Below are positions 57,152-64,000 of a stretch of DNA of 64,000 bases, in pieces (the first letter of the stretch is position 1; every line of letters starts with the position of its first letter). The position numbers were made by a program, and so were the translations under genes. The notes below the pieces were generated by a model that was not told the origin of the DNA, did no database searches, and saw only the letters and a list, made by a program, of their open reading frames with translations. This stretch comes from an uncultured Solirubrobacteraceae bacterium (GTDB taxonomy: Bacteria > Actinomycetota > Thermoleophilia > Solirubrobacterales > Solirubrobacteraceae): positions 1-64,000 of the forward strand of contig CAZPQW010000004.1 of assembly GCA_964588985.1 (NCBI GenBank). Direction: 5' to 3'.

Positions 57152-59407
57152 GTGAGACGACCGACATTCATCCCATCGCTCCTCGCGCTCCTGAGCGTGC
57201 TGGCGCTGGGCGTCCCGGTAGCGGCGGACGCTGAAACGGGCACCACGACGGTGAGCCCTCCGCCAGCCGAAGGAACCTCCACCGCGCCGTCGACCACGAC
57301 CACGACCGCGCCAAGCGAAGCGCCGGCATCCACGACGACCGGTCCGGAAGCCGAACCGGTGGCGCCACAGGTCCAATCCCAGCAGCCTCAGGGCTCCAGC
57401 CCCAGCGGCTCGTCGACCCCGCCCAAGACGCAAACGCCGAGCGGCGAAACGAAGGCAGCCGAAGAAGGCGCCTCCACGACCGGCCCGCGCTCCAAGCACA
57501 AGGCCGTCTCGCCCTCGACCCTCACGCCGTCGCTGCCGTTGAACCTGCGCTCTGCGATCGGCGGGGTGCCGAGCTTCTTCATCGAAAGCTTCCAGATCCC
57601 GCCGTTCCTGATGCCGATCTTCCAGGCCGCCGGTACCGCGTACGGCGTCCCGTGGCAGGTGCTCGCCGCGATCAACGAGGTCGAGACCGACTACGGACGC
57701 GACCTCAGCGTCTCGAGCGCCGGCGCGGAGGGATGGATGCAGTTCCTGCCGGCCGAGTGGGCGCAGTACGGGGTGGACGCCAACGGCGACGGCTACAGGG
57801 ATCCCTACAACCCGGCCGACGCGATCTTCGCCGCCGCGCGCTACCTGCGCGCGGCTGGGGGAGGCGCAAGCATCAAGAGGGCGGTCTTCTCCTACAACCA
57901 CTCCCAGGCGTACGTCGAATCGGTGATGCTGCGCGCGCAGCTGCTCGGCGGCACGCCCACGGAACTGCTCGGCGCGATCACCGGCCTGACCGAGGCGCGC
58001 TTCCCGGTGCACGCCGCCGCGCGCTTCAGCGACGGCTTCCAAACCGTCCCCGCGAGCGGCTCCCAGCAGGCCAGGACGCTCGTGGGGACGACGATCTACT
58101 CGCAGGCCGGCGCGCCCGTGATCGCGGTGCAGGACGGCGAAATCGTGCAGGTCGGCGATACGCCCGCGCTCGGGAGGTTCGTATCGCTGCGCGACGCCTA
58201 CGGCAACACCTATGTCTACGCCCAGCTCGGCGACGTGGCGTCGGTCTACCCGGTGCTCGAGCCTCGTGAGCAGAGCACCGTGAGCCCGCGGATCTCGCAC
58301 TCAGGACAGGGCGAACCGACGCCTAGCGGTCCGGCGACGGCCGGAGCCCAGGCACGCTCGCCGATCTCCGAGGGCGCCGTGGTCTCAGGCCTCGCGCTGG
58401 GCGCGACGGCGGGCCTCGAAACGATCCCGAGCGCGCCGACGACAAACACCACGTCTCCGGCACAGCCGGCCGCGCCCGCGACGCCGCCGGCTGACGTCCG
58501 CTCCTTCCGCGAAGGGGCCAACGAAGTGATCCTCAATCCGTTGCACGCTGGGGTGCAGGTGATCGCGGGCACCGTGCTCGGCCACGTCGGCGCGGCGACC
58601 AGTGCGAGCACGGTGGGGAGCGAAAGCGCTTCGCACATCCTCTTCCAGGTCCGCCCCGCTGGTCTCGGCGCCCCGCTGATCGATCCCAAGCCGATCCTCG
58701 ACGGCTGGGTGGCGCTCGAGAACACCTCGATCTTCCACGCCAAGGGCGAGAACCCGTTCCTCGCGACCTCGCCGACGGTCGGTCAGGTGCTGCTCGAGTC
58801 CAAGCAGCAGCTCGAACCGCAGGTGCTCCACGACGCCGGCATCCGCCTCAGCAGGTGCGGGCGCCAGGACGTGCAGGAGGGCCGCGTCGACAGGCGCGTG
58901 CTCGCGACGCTCGAGTACCTGTCGGTATCGGGGCTGAAGCCGACGGCCTCCGGCCTGAAGTGCCCCCGCTCGACGACCGCGTCGATCGCCGCCTACGCTC
59001 CCGCGAGCGATGGCAGCGATCTCGTCGACATCAAGGCCATCGACGGCATCCCCGTCGCCGGGCACCAGAGCCCCGGCTCGCTCGCCGACAACGCCATACG
59101 CAAGCTGCTGATGCTCCAGGGTCTCAACCGACCGCAGAGGATCGTGAGCCTGATGAGCTACCCGGGCGCTGCCGGCGCGCTCTCGGACCCGAGTGCTCGC
59201 ACCGCGATCCGCATCATGTTCGCGGCGCCGGCCGCGACCGGCGCGCACGCGAGCGGGCCGCTTTACTCCGGCCTCGCGCCGAGCGAATGGATCAAGCTGA
59301 TCGCACGGCTCGGGGAGATCCCCGACCCGGTCGTCGGCCACGGGCCGTCGTCCGCGGCGATCCCAGACGCATCGAGCGGCCAAGGAGCAGCCGGTGGCAA
59401 CGGCTAG
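57152..59407 (+). CDS. Secreted lytic transglycosylase with degenerate M23-like and C-terminal peptidase-like domains
   Basis: AINEVETDYG, GWMQF, YNHS (SLT motifs); GAPVIAVQDG...YVYAQL...GTVLGHVG...SHILFQVR (M23-like, His ligands lacking). Confidence 0.82.
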   Translation: MRRPTFIPSLLALLSVLALGVPVAADAETGTTTVSPPPAEGTSTAPSTTTTTAPSEAPASTTTGPEAEPVAPQVQSQQPQGSSPSGSSTPPKTQTPSGETKAAEEGASTTGPRSKHKAVSPSTLTPSLPLNLRSAIGGVPSFFIESFQIPPFLMPIFQAAGTAYGVPWQVLAAINEVETDYGRDLSVSSAGAEGWMQFLPAEWAQYGVDANGDGYRDPYNPADAIFAAARYLRAAGGGASIKRAVFSYNHSQAYVESVMLRAQLLGGTPTELLGAITGLTEARFPVHAAARFSDGFQTVPASGSQQARTLVGTTIYSQAGAPVIAVQDGEIVQVGDTPALGRFVSLRDAYGNTYVYAQLGDVASVYPVLEPREQSTVSPRISHSGQGEPTPSGPATAGAQARSPISEGAVVSGLALGATAGLETIPSAPTTNTTSPAQPAAPATPPADVRSFREGANEVILNPLHAGVQVIAGTVLGHVGAATSASTVGSESASHILFQVRPAGLGAPLIDPKPILDGWVALENTSIFHAKGENPFLATSPTVGQVLLESKQQLEPQVLHDAGIRLSRCGRQDVQEGRVDRRVLATLEYLSVSGLKPTASGLKCPRSTTASIAAYAPASDGSDLVDIKAIDGIPVAGHQSPGSLADNAIRKLLMLQGLNRPQRIVSLMSYPGAAGALSDPSARTAIRIMFAAPAATGAHASGPLYSGLAPSEWIKLIARLGEIPDPVVGHGPSSAAIPDASSGQGAAGGNG

Positions 59408-60776
59408 CCCCCCGAGCACGCCGGCGCCGACCGTGCGCTCCCCGCGATCCGGCGTCGGCCGCGCGCTGCCGATCGGCGCGCTCGCGCTGGTCGTGCTGAT
59501 CGTCGCCTACATCGTGTTCGCGGGCGGCGGCGGAGCGACGTACAAGCTCGAATTCGCCGAAGGCGACCAGCTCGTCCGCGGCGACCAGGTGCAGGTCGGC
59601 GGAGTGCCGGTGGGCAGCATCACGAACATCCAGCTGACCCACGACTTCAAAGCGCTTGTGACGATCCACGTCGACTCCTCGCTCACGCCGCTGCACGAAG
59701 GCACGACGGCGCAGGTCAGGCAGCCGTCGCTGTCGAGCGTCGCCAACCGCTACATAGCGCTGTCGCTCGGACCGAACAACAGGCCGGCGCTGAGTGCGGG
59801 CACGAAGTTGCCCGCGAGCGTGACGAAGCCGGTCACGGACCTCGACCAGCTGTTCAACACGCTCGACCCGAAGACGCGCAAGGGCCTGCAGGGATTCATC
59901 CAGGGCGGGGCCGAACAGTACGCGGGCGTCGGCAAGCAGTTCGGCCAGACGACCGAATACTTCTCGCCTTTCCTCGGCGGCACCGACCGCTTCCTGTCCG
60001 AGCTCGCCCGCGACCAGCACACGTTCACGAGCTTCCTCGTGGAAACCGCCAAGGCCGTGACCACGATCGGAGCCCGCGCGGAACCGCTCGCCGACCTGAT
60101 CGAACACGGCAACAGGGCCTTCCAGGCGATCGGCTCTCAGCAGGCACAGCTCGCCCAGGGGCTGCGCCAGCTGCCCGGCACGCTGCACCAGGGCAACCGC
60201 ACATTCGCGGAACTCCCCTCGACGGTCAGCGCTCTGAAGACGTTCTTCAACACGTCCCGGCCCGCGATCAAGCCGCTGACAACTCTGCTCGCACGGCTGC
60301 GCCCCCTGTTCGAAACCGGCACCGTTCCGATCGGCAACTTCGCCCAGGCGATCGACCGCGCCGGCCCCAACAACGACCTCACCGACCTCGCACTGGCCGT
60401 GCCGGGGCTCGCGAGAGAACTGTCCAAGGCCTCGCCGAGCACGGTCACGGCGCTGCAGGAATCCGTCCCGATCACGGCCTTCTTCGGCCCGTACTCCCCC
60501 GACCTCGAGGGCGCCCTGCGCACGTTCGGCCAGGGGGCCTCCTACTACGACGCCAACGGCCACTACGTGCGCGGCAACCTCGTGCTGCCCGACTTCGAAC
60601 TCGGCGAAGAAAACACGCTGACGCCGACGACCAACCCCGAACAGGCGCTGACGAAGAACCTGAAGACGCTGCAGCTCCGTCGCTGCCCAGGTGGCGCCAC
60701 GCAGCCCGCGGCGGACGGCTCCTCGCCCTTCGCCGACGGCGAACTGCTCACCTGCGACCCGCTGGAGACGCCCTGA
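59394..60776 (+). CDS. MCE/MlaD family protein
   Basis: LVRGDQVQVGGVPVGSI; RYIALSLG. Confidence 0.9.
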   Translation: MATASPPSTPAPTVRSPRSGVGRALPIGALALVVLIVAYIVFAGGGGATYKLEFAEGDQLVRGDQVQVGGVPVGSITNIQLTHDFKALVTIHVDSSLTPLHEGTTAQVRQPSLSSVANRYIALSLGPNNRPALSAGTKLPASVTKPVTDLDQLFNTLDPKTRKGLQGFIQGGAEQYAGVGKQFGQTTEYFSPFLGGTDRFLSELARDQHTFTSFLVETAKAVTTIGARAEPLADLIEHGNRAFQAIGSQQAQLAQGLRQLPGTLHQGNRTFAELPSTVSALKTFFNTSRPAIKPLTTLLARLRPLFETGTVPIGNFAQAIDRAGPNNDLTDLALAVPGLARELSKASPSTVTALQESVPITAFFGPYSPDLEGALRTFGQGASYYDANGHYVRGNLVLPDFELGEENTLTPTTNPEQALTKNLKTLQLRRCPGGATQPAADGSSPFADGELLTCDPLETP

Positions 60777-62293
60777 TGAACAGGCGTCGCAACAACTCGC
60801 TCGCCAGCAACCCGCTGCTGATCGGCGCGGTCACGACGCTGATCGTCGTCGTCGCGGTGTTCCTCTCCTACAACGCCAACAACGGCCTGCCGTTCGTGCC
60901 GACTTACAACATCAAGGTCGAACTCCCCGAGGGCGCTGGACTGCAGCCATCCAACCAGGTTCGCATTGCCGGTACGCGCGTGGGGGTCGTGAGCGGGCTC
61001 TCGATCCATCAGGACAAGCGGACCGGACGCGTCAGCGCGATCGCGAACCTCAAGCTCGAAAAGGGCGTCGAACCGCTCCCCGCCGACACGAAGGCGATCG
61101 TGCAGTCGGTCTCTGCGATCGGGCTGAAGTACCTCGAACTGGAAAAGGGCCACTCGAACGCGACGATCAAGGCCGGTCACACGATCCCCGTCAGCCAGAC
61201 CACCGAACCGGTGAACATCGACGAACTCTTCAACATGTTCGATAAGAAGACGCGCACGGCGATTAAGGTCAACACGAACAACTTCGGCGACGGTCTCGCC
61301 GGCCGGGGACTCGGCCTGAACAACACGATCGCCGAACTGCGCCCGCTCGTGACGAAGGCGATCCCCGTGCTCCACAACCTCGCGCTGCCGAAGACCGGCC
61401 TCGCCCAGTTGTTCGAAGGGCTCGACCGCGCCGCCTCGCAGACCGCAAACGTGGCGAACGCCAACGCCGAAGGCTGGAGCGATGCCGACACCTTCTTCAC
61501 CGCCTGGGCGAGCGTGACCAGGTCGCTCGAAGAAGCGACCGTGGGCGGGCCGGCATCGCTCGAGCAGGCCACCTACTCGCTCCCCCACGAGGCGCCGTTC
61601 CTCGAGAAGGCCGCCACGTTCATGCACCTCCTGCGCCCCGGAGCGAGCGCGCTGCGCGCCGTCGCGCCGCACCTCGGGCACGCGTTCGCCGAAGGCGCCG
61701 TCAACCTCAGGGCCGCTACCGCGCTCAACGCGCGCCTTGCGGAATCCTCGGAAGCGTTCGCCGCGTTCGCCCAGAACCCGCTCGTAACACTCGGCCTCGA
61801 AGACTTCACGCAGACCCTCCAGATCGCCAACCCGCTCCTGGCTGGATTCGCTCCGATACAGGCGCGATGCAACTACGTGACGCTGGCGTTCCGCAATCTC
61901 GCGAGCCTCGATTCCGAGAACATCGGCGTCGGCACGCTCGCGCGTGCGTCTTTGGTCCTCTCCCCGACGGGACCCAACAACGAGGGCTTCCCGTCCTCGG
62001 CGCCAGCGAACGGCGGATCGACCGAGAGGCAAGCGCAGAACAACCTACCGATCGAAAACAACTATCTGCACGCCAACCCGTACCCGAACGTCGGTGGGCC
62101 GGGGCAGCCGAACGTGTGCGAAGCCGGCAACGAGAAGTTCATCGAAAAACAGACGACGATCGGCAACCTGCCGGCGGCGGACATCGGCACCAGCAAGGAA
62201 TTCACGACCCGCGAAGAAGGCCTGTTCGGCGAAAAATACTCGTCGAGCGCCATTCGCAAAGCCCTCGGCCTGCCCACGGGGAAGGAAAAATGA
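60776..62293 (+). CDS. MCE/MlaD family protein
   Basis: GLQPSNQVRIAGTRVGVV; IGLKYLELEKG. Confidence 0.9.
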   Translation: MNRRRNNSLASNPLLIGAVTTLIVVVAVFLSYNANNGLPFVPTYNIKVELPEGAGLQPSNQVRIAGTRVGVVSGLSIHQDKRTGRVSAIANLKLEKGVEPLPADTKAIVQSVSAIGLKYLELEKGHSNATIKAGHTIPVSQTTEPVNIDELFNMFDKKTRTAIKVNTNNFGDGLAGRGLGLNNTIAELRPLVTKAIPVLHNLALPKTGLAQLFEGLDRAASQTANVANANAEGWSDADTFFTAWASVTRSLEEATVGGPASLEQATYSLPHEAPFLEKAATFMHLLRPGASALRAVAPHLGHAFAEGAVNLRAATALNARLAESSEAFAAFAQNPLVTLGLEDFTQTLQIANPLLAGFAPIQARCNYVTLAFRNLASLDSENIGVGTLARASLVLSPTGPNNEGFPSSAPANGGSTERQAQNNLPIENNYLHANPYPNVGGPGQPNVCEAGNEKFIEKQTTIGNLPAADIGTSKEFTTREEGLFGEKYSSSAIRKALGLPTGKEK

Positions 62294-63789
62294 GCCGCGC
62301 TCGCTGGTGGCGCCGCCACGACGAGGTCCCGGTCGTCGAGCTGCAGCGCTCGAACCCGCTGCGCTTCGGGATCGTCGTCGTCGTGATCCTCGTGCTGATC
62401 ACCTACTTCGGCTTCACCAAGCACATACCGTTCAAACACGGCTATCGCCTGAAGGCGCTGTTCGCGACCGCGGTCAACATCCACCCCAAGTCCCCGGTGC
62501 GCATCGCGGGCGTGGGCGTCGGCAAGGTCAGCTCGATCGAACGCAACGGCAAGGCCGGGCTCGTGACCATGGAAATCGAATCGCAGGGGCTGCCGATCCA
62601 CGAAGACGCGACGCTGAAGATCCGCCCGCGCATCTTCCTCGAAGGCAACTGGTTCATCGAACTGCAGCCCGGCAGCCCGTCGGCGCCGACGGTCCCCTCA
62701 GGGCACACGATCCCGATCACGCAGACCGCCGACCCGGTGCAGATCGACCAGGTGCTCGACGCGCTCGACACGGACACGCGCGCGAACCTGCAGAAGTTCC
62801 TGATCAACTTCGGCGAAGCCCTCACGCGCAAGCCGAACGCGGCCGAAGACGCCGAACAGGACCCCGAAGTCCGCGGTCTGGACGCTGCCCAGGCGCTCAA
62901 CAAGACCTACACGCGCGCACCCGAAGCGCTCCGCGGCGGCGCGATCATCAACCAGGCGCTCGGCGGCACGAGCACGCACGACCTCTCGGAGCTGATCGCG
63001 AGCGTCGGCAAAGTCACGACCGCGCTGAACGTCCACGAGCAGCAGCTGGGAGAACTGATCGAAAACTTCAACACGTTCCTCGGGGCGCTCGCGGCGCAGT
63101 CGGTGGCGCTGACGACGGTCGTCGGGGAACTGCCGAAGACGCTGCACGGCATCGACCGCGGCCTCGCCTCGCTCGACGCGTCGTTCGCGCCCACGCGGGC
63201 GTTCGCGCACGACATACTCCCCGGCCTCAGGAACACCCCCGCGACCGTCACCGCGGTTCTGCCGTGGATCGAACAGGTGCAGGCCTCGCTCGCCCCGAGC
63301 GAGCTCGGAGGCGTGGCGAAGGGGCTCGCCGCGGCCACCCCGTCGCTGGCGAAGCTGTTCGGCGAACAGGCGCCCTTCTACCGCCAGGGCGACCTGTTCA
63401 ACAAATGCCTCACGAAGATCATCTACCCGGCCGGCAACACCAAGATCCAGGACGGCGCGAGCACCTCCGGCGTCGAGAACTACAAGGAATTCTGGTACGG
63501 CCTCGTGGGCCTGAACGGCATCGGGCAGGACTTCAACGGCAACGGCACCGTCGGCAGGTTCCTCGTCGGCAACAGCGGCAAGACGCTGCGCTCGCGACCC
63601 ACCTCGATCCTCGGCACGAAACTCCAGGGGCTGAGGATGCTGACGCGCTCGCCGCTCACGCCGGAAGGCACGCGCCCCGCCTACCCGGCCGAAGAGCCGT
63701 CCTACCAGCCGCTCGTGCCCTGCTACACCCAGACGCTGCCCAACTTCAACGGCCCGCTGTCGCAGGGTCCCGCGGACGGGAGTGAATGA
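62290..63789 (+). CDS. MCE/MlaD family protein
   Basis: SPVRIAGVGVGKV; GNWFIELQPG; ATGA coupling. Confidence 0.9.
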   Translation: MSRARWWRRHDEVPVVELQRSNPLRFGIVVVVILVLITYFGFTKHIPFKHGYRLKALFATAVNIHPKSPVRIAGVGVGKVSSIERNGKAGLVTMEIESQGLPIHEDATLKIRPRIFLEGNWFIELQPGSPSAPTVPSGHTIPITQTADPVQIDQVLDALDTDTRANLQKFLINFGEALTRKPNAAEDAEQDPEVRGLDAAQALNKTYTRAPEALRGGAIINQALGGTSTHDLSELIASVGKVTTALNVHEQQLGELIENFNTFLGALAAQSVALTTVVGELPKTLHGIDRGLASLDASFAPTRAFAHDILPGLRNTPATVTAVLPWIEQVQASLAPSELGGVAKGLAAATPSLAKLFGEQAPFYRQGDLFNKCLTKIIYPAGNTKIQDGASTSGVENYKEFWYGLVGLNGIGQDFNGNGTVGRFLVGNSGKTLRSRPTSILGTKLQGLRMLTRSPLTPEGTRPAYPAEEPSYQPLVPCYTQTLPNFNGPLSQGPADGSE

Positions 63790-64000
63790 TGACCCCCGCC
63801 GAGAGACCACCCGAGAGCCCGCGGGGCGGATCCCACGAAGGCGGACTCAGCGTCCGCGAGCAGATCGAGCGATACCGCACGGCGTTCATCGCGGTCGTGA
63901 CGATGATCGTGATCGCGGCGGCCGTCGGCGGCTACATCCTCGCGCACGAGAATCTCAAGCTCCCAGGCTGGGTGCCAGTCCTCGGCCGCGACTACTACAC
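63786..64000 (+). CDS. Probable further MCE protein (runs off the window)
   Basis: Overlaps the previous stop; open frame with TM helix FIAVVTMIVIAAAVGGYIL similar to paralog N-termini. Confidence 0.68.
   Translation, partial: MMTPAERPPESPRGGSHEGGLSVREQIERYRTAFIAVVTMIVIAAAVGGYILAHENLKLPGWVPVLGRDYY

Noticed and set aside
1-64000. CRISPR array, tRNA or rRNA genes
   Set aside because: No repeat-spacer periodicity seen; the only tRNA-like arm belongs to tmRNA; the repeats at 26026-26163 are short operators

Overview
Very high-GC actinobacterial DNA. Gene content and the secreted protein families suggest Thermoleophilia/Solirubrobacterales (inference, no database search). 1-14.5 kb is a core block: secA 3' end, a small zinc-finger ORF, prfB with a +1 programmed frameshift, nadC-nadA, an Ig-repeat operon, then M16 and S41 peptidases, RNase R, smpB, an M50 protease and tmRNA. 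A candidate ~120-nt structured small RNA with its own promoter and U-tract lies just upstream of ssrA. 14.5-35 kb is an accessory region starting at the ssrA 3' end: an att-like direct repeat, an AAA/DUF4143-type ATPase, MNT plus decayed HEPN, MazEF-like and HipBA-like modules, several clear operator arrays, and no integrase. 35-54 kb holds lipid/redox metabolism genes, a type IV pilin under a c-di-GMP-I riboswitch, a cutinase, a penicillin-binding/beta-lactamase-fold protein and purM. From 54.5 kb to the window end is the best candidate for an undescribed system: a secreted Cys-paired protein with a structured leader and a strong hairpin, then at least four (probably five) MCE genes with a lytic transglycosylase between them that carries apparently inactive peptidase domains. 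All family calls come from motif recognition by eye.
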